NCBI GenBank assembly: GCA_038279365.1
Contig: JAYODI010000092.1
Location: forward strand, 1-22,119
Reading direction: 5' to 3'
Length of the DNA: 22,119 nucleotides
Source of the DNA: Candidatus Latescibacterota bacterium
GTDB taxonomy: Bacteria > Latescibacterota > UBA2968
A model generated the notes under the pieces. That model saw nothing but the letters and a program-made list of their open reading frames with translations, was not told where the DNA came from and did no database searches. The translations under genes were made by a program, and so were the position numbers. How positions within the stretch are numbered: position 1 is the first letter of the stretch; each line of letters opens with the position of its first letter. Shown piece after piece: positions 1 through 8,753 of this stretch.

Positions 1-10
1 GAATCAAAAC

Positions 11-95
11 CTATTCGTCTATTCGTCTATTACTCGCTACGCTCGTTGTAGCCTGCGGCTGTGCGTCCATTCGCCTATTCGTCCATTCGTCTATT
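11..95 (-). repeat. Composite repeat: octamer array (CTATTCGT-like on +) interrupted by a 32-nt core; inverted copy of the element at the right end
   Basis: Octamers at 11-18, 19-26, 67-74, 75-82 and 83-90. The core ACTCGCTACGCTCGTTGTAGCCTGCGGCTGTG at 32-63 is the exact reverse complement of 22019-22050 and 22075-22106. Confidence 0.95.
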
Positions 96-109
96 GAAAG
101 GAATTTTAA

Positions 110-970
110 ATGGCTGTGTTGAGCAAAGAAGATTTCGCATTTTGGGAAAAAAATGGGTATGTGGTGATTCCCAATGCGGTGCCTCAGGAGAATTTGGATG
201 CGATGGTGGATGTGATCTGGGAATTTTTGGATATGGATCGCAACAACCCAGAAGATTGGTATAAGTATTCGCCTTATACACGTGACAACAAACGGTCGAT
301 GATTTCTGCTGCAGGAATGGTGGAAATTTATCAACACCAAGCGTTGTGGAACAATCGACAATATCCTAAAATTCACCAAGCGTTTGCTGATATTTGGGGG
401 CGTGAAGATTTGTGGGTATCACTTGATCGGGCCAATATGAAACCTCCTGCACGTGAAGACAAACCCGAGTGGAACAATAAGGGGATGATTCACTGGGATG
501 TGGATACGTCTCAAGATCCAATTCCTTTTGGCGTGCAAGGTGTGTTGTATTTAACGGATACGGCAGAAGATCAAGGTGGGTTTCAATGTGTGCCAGGGTT
601 TCACAATTTGTTTCCAGAGTGGGTGAAGACACAACCTGCTGATCGTAATCCGCGTCATCCTGATTTGGCAGGTTTGGAAGTGAAATCGATTCCGGGCAAA
701 GCGGGTGACCTGTTGATTTGGCATCGGTTGTTGGCACATGGCAATGGACATAATCGTTCAGACAAACCGCGCTTGGCACAGTACATAACGATGTCACCGG
801 CCAATTTTAGCAACGAAGAAGCCCGAATGGATCGTGTGTCTTCTTGGCAAGAGTGCCGACCCATGCCACGCTGGCCAGGTGATCCACGCGAGTGGGAAAA
901 GAAAACACAAAAGCCTGCGGTGTTGACCGATTTGGGTAAGAAGTTGTTGGGTGTGGAACCCTGGAATTAA
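110..970 (+). CDS. Phytanoyl-CoA dioxygenase (PhyH) family Fe(II)/2-oxoglutarate dioxygenase
   Basis: N-terminal F-x-x-x-GYVVIPNAV, HxD (HWD), distal His and Arg in GDLLIWHRLLAHGNGHNRSDKPR; RBS GAAAGGA at 96-102. Confidence 0.88.
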   Translation: MAVLSKEDFAFWEKNGYVVIPNAVPQENLDAMVDVIWEFLDMDRNNPEDWYKYSPYTRDNKRSMISAAGMVEIYQHQALWNNRQYPKIHQAFADIWGREDLWVSLDRANMKPPAREDKPEWNNKGMIHWDVDTSQDPIPFGVQGVLYLTDTAEDQGGFQCVPGFHNLFPEWVKTQPADRNPRHPDLAGLEVKSIPGKAGDLLIWHRLLAHGNGHNRSDKPRLAQYITMSPANFSNEEARMDRVSSWQECRPMPRWPGDPREWEKKTQKPAVLTDLGKKLLGVEPWN

Positions 971-976
971 ACGGGG

Positions 977-1276
977 CTATTCTGCGTTATTTGATGGATT
1001 AAAAACGCGTTGCCGATGTTCTTCATACAGTTCGGGCGGAATGTTTTTGATAGCGAGGATGATGAGGAGAGGGACGATAACGAGGTCGTCTACTTGCCCG
1101 AGAATTGGAATGAAATCGGGAATGAGGTCGAATGGGAGCAAGGTATAACCAATGGCTGCCCACAACAACCACCTTGCGTATTTGGGTGTGCGTGGGTCGT
1201 GATAGAGGCCTTGAAAGACCTTGAAGTTTTGCTTGAAATATTGACGTGTTTGAATGAGTTGTTGTTTGATCATCAT
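977..1276 (-). CDS. YkvA/DUF1232 family small membrane protein
   Basis: DPRTP...Y.L.PFDLIPDFIPILGQVDDL is the DUF1232 signature. Start placed at ATG 1276 (or 1273) rather than GTG 1294, which lies inside a hairpin. Confidence 0.88.
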   Translation of the reverse strand: MMIKQQLIQTRQYFKQNFKVFQGLYHDPRTPKYARWLLWAAIGYTLLPFDLIPDFIPILGQVDDLVIVPLLIILAIKNIPPELYEEHRQRVFNPSNNAE

Positions 1277-1286
1277 TGTGTGATTT

Positions 1287-1318
1287 AACGCCACCCACTT
1301 GGGTGGCGTTTTTGTTTT
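1287..1318 (+). terminator. Rho-independent terminator-like hairpin
   Basis: AACGCCACCC-ACTT-GGGTGGCGTT perfect 10-bp stem followed by TTTGTTTT on the + strand. Confidence 0.7.
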
Positions 1319-1616
1319 ATAAATATATGTTTATGTAGACGAATTATTTTAATTTATTTCATTTACAATATTTTATGTCATGTTTGGGGCGGTGGATAAA
1401 ATTTGAAATGATATCCGTGTTGCCTCTATGTTGGTGTTTGTCATTTAGATCAGATCCCATTTTTTGGCTTTCCAATTATCAAAATCTAAGAGCTCAAACG
1501 CTTCAGACATTCAAGTGCATCCCTCATTTTTGTGGATTCTTCTGTGTAAAGAATCGTGCCCTATCCCTATTAGAATATGGATGCGCCCATTTCCTTAGGT
1601 TACAATGATAGAATTG

Positions 1617-2897
1617 TCATTCCAATCTTGCTCTAAAACCGGGTAGGCACGCGGCAATGGTTAAAACGGCCACGATTGCAACACTGGTTTGAAGGCCCAG
1701 GGCAAGGGGGGCACCGAACATTTCTGCGAGTTTACCTATTTGAAGTTGTCCTAACGGACCCGTGCCAATGGCGAGCACCAACGTACCCATTGCGCGGTCT
1801 CTCATGTCATCGCTGGCAGCCAGTAGGATGATGGAACTTTGCATCACGCCAAATGCAGATTGGCCAGTGCCTGCAAGAATGAGAAGAACGATGGAGAGGG
1901 GAAATGCAAAAGGAATTGTGGAACCTGCAACCGCAATTGAAAGGGGTAAGGTTGAGCCAAAAGCAAAGAGCAACAAACACAAAGACTGTAAGGCTGAGCC
2001 GATTGTAAATATCCATCCACGACTAAAACGGTGTCGCAATTTGTTGACCGCATAAAGCCCAAAAAATGCCCCCACGCCGTTACAGGCGCCTAATAAGCCT
2101 AATTCAAATGGGCCTTGTTGTAAAATGTCGCGGGTAAAGACGGGCAACAAGGCCTGATACGGAAAGGTGAAAAAATTCATCGCAACGGTGACGAGTAACG
2201 AGCCTAAAATGGCCTGGTTATGTATGACATAACGCAATCCGTCTGTCATACGTTTGAATGGCGATATTTGATTTTTGAGGGGAATATGTGGAGGGGATTT
2301 AACCAAAAAAACGGTAACAAATGAACAAAAGGAAATGCCAAGGAGTGTGAGATAACAGCCTTTGGGACCCAGAATGGCATATAATGAACCACTGGCAAAT
2401 GGGCCAAGAACACGCGAAATATTTTGCGTAAAACTCTCTAACATCATGGCATCAACGGTGCGGTCTTTGCCGATCAGGTCGGGAATAAGTGCCCTACGTG
2501 CCGTCCAACTAAAAGACCAGGTGATGCCAAGGAAAATCGCAGCGATTAGAAAGTGCGTGTAGGTAATGCGTTCGAGCAAGATCAGTATGCAAACAAGGGT
2601 GAGCACAGACAGACTGATCCCTTGAGAGAGCAAAATGACACGAATGCGGCCCAGGCGATCTGCGAGTGGGCCTGCAACAAAACCAGTGAACAAAAGTGGG
2701 GCAGAACGACAAAAGCCAACAAACGCCACATCGAAGGCCGAGTTGGTGAGTTCGAGCACAAGCCAACCGACCACAATCATTTCCATCCACATGGCCTGCC
2801 ACCAAAGGGTGTTGCTGATGAGCAGGTTGCGAAAGTCGGCGTTGGCCAGTGGTGCTAATGTCCCCCTAAAATAACGTGAGGTGGTCATTTCATTCAT
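1617..2897 (-). CDS. MFS transporter (H+ antiporter / MFS_3-like)
   Basis: About 12 hydrophobic segments, motif A GPLADRLGRIRV, C-terminal D.MRDRAMG; ATGA overlap with the upstream gene. Confidence 0.92.
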   Translation of the reverse strand: MNEMTTSRYFRGTLAPLANADFRNLLISNTLWWQAMWMEMIVVGWLVLELTNSAFDVAFVGFCRSAPLLFTGFVAGPLADRLGRIRVILLSQGISLSVLTLVCILILLERITYTHFLIAAIFLGITWSFSWTARRALIPDLIGKDRTVDAMMLESFTQNISRVLGPFASGSLYAILGPKGCYLTLLGISFCSFVTVFLVKSPPHIPLKNQISPFKRMTDGLRYVIHNQAILGSLLVTVAMNFFTFPYQALLPVFTRDILQQGPFELGLLGACNGVGAFFGLYAVNKLRHRFSRGWIFTIGSALQSLCLLLFAFGSTLPLSIAVAGSTIPFAFPLSIVLLILAGTGQSAFGVMQSSIILLAASDDMRDRAMGTLVLAIGTGPLGQLQIGKLAEMFGAPLALGLQTSVAIVAVLTIAACLPGFRARLE

Positions 2898-4561
2898 ACG
2901 GTGGCGTTAAATGTCAATTCGAGGTGGTTGTTCCAATCAACAGCAAAAACTGGGCGCCGTGTATTGGGCGCACTTTTGTTGCCATCGCTATAAGGATTGA
3001 AGGGGGCCACATACCAAATGAGGCGACCGGCTTGGTTTGCGGAGATCGCCCAGTTTTTTGTGGCCACGGTGGTGGCTTGTTCAATGGTGGCTTCTTCGTC
3101 GCCAAATGTAACGGCGGTATTGCCATCAATTGTAAAGGGCGTGCCAATGGGTGCTTCCAGTACGAGTTGGGTGGTGAGTGTGTCGGGTGAATCGGTGGAA
3201 AAGATCAGGCGCGGTTTGTCGCCAAAGATCCAGGTGGCTGTAACGGTGAAGGTTTCATAGTGCACGGTGGCAATGGCTTTGTCACTTTGAATATCTAATT
3301 CCCCTGTGTGAATGGGGTAGGCATCGTCGCCTTTTCTTACCGTGGACCAACCGGGGTTGTGTTTGGATTTGGTGCCAGAAATAATCGTCCCTGCGCTGGT
3401 GTGTGAGAGAAAGAGCAAGGTTTGACGGTCGAGGGCATAGTCGCTGTTGGGCGACATTTCTCGGTTGAGGGCTTTCATGGCCGAAAGGCCCATTGTCCAG
3501 TTGTTTGCTTGCACCACACCCAAGGGCATGGTGATGCGATATTGTCTGTCTTGAAAGGGTTCGGGTAGGGTACTTGCACCGGTTTCCATATGGTCAATTT
3601 CCATATGCAGGCGTGAGAGATATTCAAGACTCATATTTTCAAACTGAACCTGATCCAAATGCAGGCGTAACAAGCCGCGTCCTTGGGGTGAAAGCGCATG
3701 AATGGCAATGCCATAACAACCCAACCCGTGTGGGTTGGCACGTTCATCGGCAAAGGGCAAGGCATGCAGGTGAGCATCCATGAAGTTGCGAAAGAAGGTG
3801 CCACATTTTTCAAAACGTGCGCGATCTACAGCGTTTCGCCAGTGCTGTATGATATACGCACAGCCTGCGGTGAGTGGGGTATACACCAAACTGGGGCCCC
3901 CTTCACGGGCATCGTTGGTGTGTTCTTCAAAATAACCGTCGGGGTGGCCATAAGCAATGAGGCGGTCGTTAAAGGCCGCGGCAGTATTTTGCCAATCTGT
4001 TCGGTTGAGTGCCACGCCCGATTTGTAAATGCCTTCGGCGGCAATGGCCACGTGGTTGATGCCGGTGCCAAAGCCCCTGTTGTCGAGTGCTGGTGAGCGT
4101 TCTTGTAGGTGGTTAAAGTGGCCCAACATATCGTCACCCGATTGGGCCAGCAATGTGGCCCACGCTTGGGTTTCTGATTCGGGCAGGATGTTTTTGAGAC
4201 GTTCGTAGGCAATGACTAGGTGGAGTTGGGATCGGCGCAAAGAGTTGGAAAACCCTTCTTTTTGACGGCCTTCGCCAATGTAGTATTTGACGTTGTCAAA
4301 CAAGCGGCGAACAATGGCAAGCGCGTCTTTGTTGCCATTGGCGGCAAGCAGGCCTAAGACCGAGGCGCTGCAGGGTTGATAGTCGTAGTAATTGACGATC
4401 ATTTCAGCTTTTTTGAGTGCGGGATTGTTTTGGGTGTAAGCGGTGCCTTCGGGGGTAAAGTAGGCCGATGCTTTGGCGAGAATAACCGATTCGATTTTGC
4501 TCTGAATGGTTTTGAGAAACTCGGGGGTAAGGCCTTCTTGTGTTTTGGACAGATCGTACAT
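2894..4561 (-). CDS. Hypothetical protein, possibly heparinase II/III / oligo-lyase-like (alpha-toroid plus beta-sandwich)
   Basis: 555-aa ORF from ATG 4561 with RBS AGAGG. Helical N-half with INH...W...PDGYFEE...SLVY pattern and beta-rich C-half. The ORF is solid but the function is tentative. Confidence 0.6.
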   Translation of the reverse strand: MYDLSKTQEGLTPEFLKTIQSKIESVILAKASAYFTPEGTAYTQNNPALKKAEMIVNYYDYQPCSASVLGLLAANGNKDALAIVRRLFDNVKYYIGEGRQKEGFSNSLRRSQLHLVIAYERLKNILPESETQAWATLLAQSGDDMLGHFNHLQERSPALDNRGFGTGINHVAIAAEGIYKSGVALNRTDWQNTAAAFNDRLIAYGHPDGYFEEHTNDAREGGPSLVYTPLTAGCAYIIQHWRNAVDRARFEKCGTFFRNFMDAHLHALPFADERANPHGLGCYGIAIHALSPQGRGLLRLHLDQVQFENMSLEYLSRLHMEIDHMETGASTLPEPFQDRQYRITMPLGVVQANNWTMGLSAMKALNREMSPNSDYALDRQTLLFLSHTSAGTIISGTKSKHNPGWSTVRKGDDAYPIHTGELDIQSDKAIATVHYETFTVTATWIFGDKPRLIFSTDSPDTLTTQLVLEAPIGTPFTIDGNTAVTFGDEEATIEQATTVATKNWAISANQAGRLIWYVAPFNPYSDGNKSAPNTRRPVFAVDWNNHLELTFNATV

Positions 4562-4639
4562 AACAAACCTCTTGCGTATGTGAGTGTGAACGGTGAACAC
4601 GCAAGGTAGGGTTTTTGTTTGAGGAGTGCAAGTGGTTTG

Positions 4640-5320
4640 CTATTTGCGGAAGAGGTGTAATAAACTGGTGAGATGTGCAAACAAAACGATGGGTACCACA
4701 ACAGCAGGAAGCCAGATGAAAGGGAAGTAAAAAACCGCCACATTGGGGTTATCAATGGCCAATTGTTGGAATGGAAATGGTGCTGAAAGCACGGCGCGGA
4801 TCACAATATTGAGCAGCAAACCCAAACCAATGAGGTTCCAGTAAATGAGGAGGCGCTTGTTGATGCTTCCTCGAAATGCAATGAGTGCCATCAGTGGGCC
4901 CGTCATGCCAGCAATGATATCAAAGTTGTCGCCTTCATAGGTCATCAGACGAGGAATTTGGCCTTCTTGATAAAGCCCAAAAAGGATGATTTCGACGGGA
5001 ATGCGAATGATGTGGATAAAGGTAAGCAAGCGCAAGGGTAGGGCACACAAAACGCGTTGGTGGCGAATGAGAAGGTAAAGCGTTAGCAAGTTGGGTGGGC
5101 CAATGGCCAAGAGAAAACGTGGTGGCCAAGCATCAAAATCGCGATAAAATCCTTGCCAACCCAAAATGCCTTGTAGAATGGTCCAAAGAATAATGATGGG
5201 ATAGATGGATTTGTGAACCGGGCGAGAGCTGATTTTGAGGGCCACACACAGAAACCCAATGGTGAGAAAGGTTGTGAAGGCAAACATGAGAGAGAGGTGA
5301 AGCGGTAGACCATTGATCAT
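4640..5320 (-). CDS. Conserved hypothetical multi-pass membrane protein
   Basis: About 7 TM segments; motifs HIIRIPVE, NFDIIAG and FPFIWLP...VP; ATGA overlap with the upstream gene. Confidence 0.8.
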   Translation of the reverse strand: MINGLPLHLSLMFAFTTFLTIGFLCVALKISSRPVHKSIYPIIILWTILQGILGWQGFYRDFDAWPPRFLLAIGPPNLLTLYLLIRHQRVLCALPLRLLTFIHIIRIPVEIILFGLYQEGQIPRLMTYEGDNFDIIAGMTGPLMALIAFRGSINKRLLIYWNLIGLGLLLNIVIRAVLSAPFPFQQLAIDNPNVAVFYFPFIWLPAVVVPIVLFAHLTSLLHLFRK

Positions 5321-6237
5321 GAAATATCCTGTGTTGTTGTCAGTTCTTTGAGGCGCTTATATGTGGGTGGGTCATCTTTGGCACCGCTAAATACAAACGG
5401 ATAATTTTGGTTAATACGACTGCGCATCAACCCCCAAGAGCAATGATGGGCCACACACAGGCTGGCGACTTCTGCACCGCGGGCGTTGATTTTGGTGTCT
5501 TCGTTACAGACAATGGGTTTGTTAAAGTGTTTGAGTGCGTTGATCCGTTCGGGAACGTCTGTTATGTCGGTGTTGTTGAAGTGGATGATCAAAAAGTCGG
5601 CTGCTTCTGCAATGTGCTCATCCAAACGCCCACTGCCCATCCCACTGGTTGTAACGAGCAGTTGGGGGGCGGTTTGTTTGGCCAGTTTGATGAGTTCTAC
5701 TTGGCCTTGAGGGTCGCGAATGATGTCGTGTGCAAACCCACGGTGTGCATGTTCGTTGGCCACTTCAATCATCACATGGGTCCATTTTTGGTCGCTGAGC
5801 CATTGGGCGGTGTTGATTACACCTTGGCGAATGGCATCGGCATTTTTAAGTATTTGATCTTGGCGTTGGTAATAACAGCCTAAGATAATGGCGATACCGT
5901 GTTTGGCACAGGCGTGAATTACGCGTGCCACGCGGTTGAGGTACGTGGGGCGCAAAGACCCATCGGGTTCAAATGCCGAATTGTGTGCGCCTTCATAACC
6001 TGGCATGCCGCCTTGCAAACACAAAGTGAATGCGCGAATGCCGTGTTTGTGATACTTGGGAATTTGGGTGATAAAGGTGTCTGTGTTGGTTTCGGGATCA
6101 AAGTCTGTGCGGTTGCGATCTTCAAAGGTGGCATTGACCATGCGCACATTCATCAATAACCCTTGGGCAGGGGCGTTGGGGTAGGTGATCTGATGGTTGA
6201 GGTACCAGTCTGTATTTTGAATGGCGATGGCGGTCAT
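5317..6237 (-). CDS. Glycoside hydrolase clan A (GH5-like) TIM-barrel protein
   Basis: EVANE (putative acid/base), IIHFN and KPIVCNED (putative nucleophile); no signal peptide. Confidence 0.65.
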   Translation of the reverse strand: MTAIAIQNTDWYLNHQITYPNAPAQGLLMNVRMVNATFEDRNRTDFDPETNTDTFITQIPKYHKHGIRAFTLCLQGGMPGYEGAHNSAFEPDGSLRPTYLNRVARVIHACAKHGIAIILGCYYQRQDQILKNADAIRQGVINTAQWLSDQKWTHVMIEVANEHAHRGFAHDIIRDPQGQVELIKLAKQTAPQLLVTTSGMGSGRLDEHIAEAADFLIIHFNNTDITDVPERINALKHFNKPIVCNEDTKINARGAEVASLCVAHHCSWGLMRSRINQNYPFVFSGAKDDPPTYKRLKELTTTQDIS

Positions 6238-6365
6238 TTCGCGTGTCTGCTTATGAGGATGATTGGTGGTTTTGAATGTGATAAAGCAAAGTGCCTGACG
6301 GCAAAACGGCAGGGCGTCAATGCGCTCCTCTTTATGATGATGTCATCCCATCCTTGTTGGGTGCA

Positions 6366-6977
6366 CTATAAAGTAAACAGGAAAATCACAAAAGAGAAAA
6401 ATCCCCCTCCTAAAGCAAGCATGCCCCAACGTCGGGTTCCTTTGAGGAGCCACCACATATAGATGCCTGATATCCCCCACAGAATGAAACCTAAAGACAC
6501 CAAATCTATTATGACACACCAGAATGTGTCGAGAATGGTGCCTTGTCGAAATCCACCGCGTGCATGTAAGCCTGTGAAAAATTGATCCCAACGAAAGCGT
6601 TTGTCTTGGACGGTGATGAGTTGTTTTTCTAAGTCATAGACCAAGCGTGTGTTGTTCCAAAAATCATAGGCACTGATCATGATCTGGCGTTTATTTGGGC
6701 GATAGGCACCATATGCACTGGTGATTTCTATATCAAAGTCGTCAAGTACTTGTTTTGCAAAAGGACGCAGTACATCTGCAGACCATTGGTCTGGCGCAGG
6801 CCGGTCATAAGCTTGTTCAAGGCGCGTGGTCCATTGTGGAACGCCATCGTCGTAGAGGTCACCAAAAAAACGATTGTGGGCAAAGGGAATGGCGCTTATG
6901 CCATACATGACAGACCACGGGAGTAAAATGAGTGCAAGATAAAGATGCAGACGTCTGTTTAGGTGGTTAAAGGTCAT
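6366..6977 (-). CDS. PepSY-associated TM helix domain protein (paralog 2)
   Basis: RRLHLYLAL, a soluble middle domain, LH motif (GLHARG) and SGIYMWW...R.WG; start moved to ATG 6977. Confidence 0.8.
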   Translation of the reverse strand: MTFNHLNRRLHLYLALILLPWSVMYGISAIPFAHNRFFGDLYDDGVPQWTTRLEQAYDRPAPDQWSADVLRPFAKQVLDDFDIEITSAYGAYRPNKRQIMISAYDFWNNTRLVYDLEKQLITVQDKRFRWDQFFTGLHARGGFRQGTILDTFWCVIIDLVSLGFILWGISGIYMWWLLKGTRRWGMLALGGGFFSFVIFLFTL

Positions 6978-6990
6978 GGTATGAATTTGC

Positions 6991-7590
6991 TTAGATGGTG
7001 AATAGGAAAAATGTAAAAATAACAACACCTGATCCAATACAAATGCCACCCCATTTGCGGGTGACTTTGAGTTCCCACCACATCCAAAGGCCCGATGCTG
7101 CCCAAAGCACGGTGCTGAGAATGAACAAATCGACCGTTATGGCCCACAAATCATCGCTCAAAAATTTGGTGTCATACCCTTTGCGGCGGTGCATTTGTTC
7201 CAGAAATCCGTTGGTGCGAAATTCTTGTTTTTCGATGCGAATGGTGCGTTTTTGAGAATCGTATTGAATACGCTGCGGGCGGATGGCGTTTCTGCGAGTA
7301 ATGGTGATTTTGTTGTCGAGACTGCCACCTACATTGTGGGCACCTTGCATATCCAAATCGCTCAAGATTTGATCGACAACGACCCAACGTTTGGTATCGG
7401 AAGGGAAATCTACTTCGTAGGGGATCTCGCGTTCCAATGTCCAAGAAACGGGTTGGTGATCATACCAGTTTTCAAAAATGGTATGGTGATTCATCACAAT
7501 GGTGCTTAAGGCATACATCAACACCCAAGGAACAAGGAAGAGTGCGAGATACATATGGATGCGTCGGATGACTATAGAGAACATAATCAT
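6991..7590 (-). CDS. PepSY-associated TM helix domain protein (paralog 1)
   Basis: RRIHMYLAL, MNH, QMHRRKG and SGLWMWW...RKWG. Confidence 0.8.
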   Translation of the reverse strand: MIMFSIVIRRIHMYLALFLVPWVLMYALSTIVMNHHTIFENWYDHQPVSWTLEREIPYEVDFPSDTKRWVVVDQILSDLDMQGAHNVGGSLDNKITITRRNAIRPQRIQYDSQKRTIRIEKQEFRTNGFLEQMHRRKGYDTKFLSDDLWAITVDLFILSTVLWAASGLWMWWELKVTRKWGGICIGSGVVIFTFFLFTI

Positions 7591-7595
7591 TCATC

Positions 7596-8699
7596 CTAAG
7601 TGTTTTGTAAACGCCGAACACGGGCGGGTGTGTGATCGGTATGAATTTCACTGGAGAGAATTTTAAGACTGCGGTCTGGAATGGGAAGATTGATGCGTTT
7701 GCCACCTTGGCGGTGTGATTCTCTTAATGCAATGGCAATTTCGAGAGCTTTGAGCGCATCTTCACCTGAGCAGCGTGGGGCATGGTTGTTGTTGATGGCA
7801 CTGATAAGATCGTTAACTGCCGTGATGCCCATGCCTTCGGGGCGTGCGGGTTGTGGAAAGGGTGAGCGCGCCGTTAATCCGCGTCCTCTTGGGCCACCTG
7901 TGATGTTTTGGAGCAGCTCAAATTCTAAGGCATTGGGCGATGTGCGTACCCGTTTTTGGGTGCCAATAATGTCAAATTCCCACGATGCCACACCTGTGGG
8001 CATGCCCCGCATATAAGCCCGAACACCATTGTCAAAGGCCAAGTATCCATTGCCCATCAGGTCGTTGTCTGTGGCGGCTTTTTCATCCGATTCCATTTCG
8101 CCAAAAACCCAAGATACATTGCCGCCTGCCAGATAACGAATGGTGTCTATGGCATGGCTGCCGTTGTGCGAAATGCCGCATTGGGTATAGGCGGTGATTT
8201 GGAGAATATCGCCCAATTCGCCATTTTCGATCATGCGACGGGTTTCTGCAAAGTTGGGGTTGTATCGACGGGCACAGTTAACCGCCAAAGCCACCCCTTT
8301 TTCTTTGCATGCTTGTATAACTTGGTCGGCTTCTTCAAGGCTCAATGTGAGGGGTTTTTCAGACCAAATACCTTTTACACCTGCATTTATCGCGTCGAGC
8401 AAGATTTGTGCACGAATGCGTGCTGTGGTGGTGATGCTGATGATGTCAATTTTTTCTTTTGCGAGCAGTTCGCGATGGTTGGTATAGAGGTGGTTGGAGG
8501 CAATCCCCCAGCGTTCGCCAAATAGGGTGCGTTGCTCATCGTGTGGATCTGCACCGGCTACGAGATCTATTTGGGGATGGGCGTGGTAGGTGGGTGCGTG
8601 GCAATAGGGCAAATAGATGGCACCGCCCTGTTCAATTTCGTCATCAAAGGTACTGCCCATTCGCCCCAAACCAATCACTGCGGCACGATAACGTGTCAT
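7596..8699 (-). CDS. Gfo/Idh/MocA family oxidoreductase
   Basis: Rossmann VIGLGRMG, EKP motif (SEKPL), NCARRY and HNGSHAIDTIRYL. Confidence 0.92.
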   Translation of the reverse strand: MTRYRAAVIGLGRMGSTFDDEIEQGGAIYLPYCHAPTYHAHPQIDLVAGADPHDEQRTLFGERWGIASNHLYTNHRELLAKEKIDIISITTTARIRAQILLDAINAGVKGIWSEKPLTLSLEEADQVIQACKEKGVALAVNCARRYNPNFAETRRMIENGELGDILQITAYTQCGISHNGSHAIDTIRYLAGGNVSWVFGEMESDEKAATDNDLMGNGYLAFDNGVRAYMRGMPTGVASWEFDIIGTQKRVRTSPNALEFELLQNITGGPRGRGLTARSPFPQPARPEGMGITAVNDLISAINNNHAPRCSGEDALKALEIAIALRESHRQGGKRINLPIPDRSLKILSSEIHTDHTPARVRRLQNT

Positions 8700-8753
8700 A
8701 CAAAACTCCGATGTTTTAAGATCACCCTTGTGGTTTTGATCTGTGATCTGTAC

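Noticed and set aside
1445-1510. Minus-strand 21-aa ORF MSEAFELLDFDNWKAKKWDLI with GAGGG upstream, and the plus-strand ORF 1375-1608, in the AT-rich gap
   Set aside because: Too short and no recognisable family; could be a decayed remnant but cannot be supported from sequence alone.
6293-6320. Imperfect inverted repeat TGACG...CGTCA upstream of the GH5-like gene as an operator or terminator
   Set aside because: Short arms, no T-tail, no second copy and no regulator in the window.
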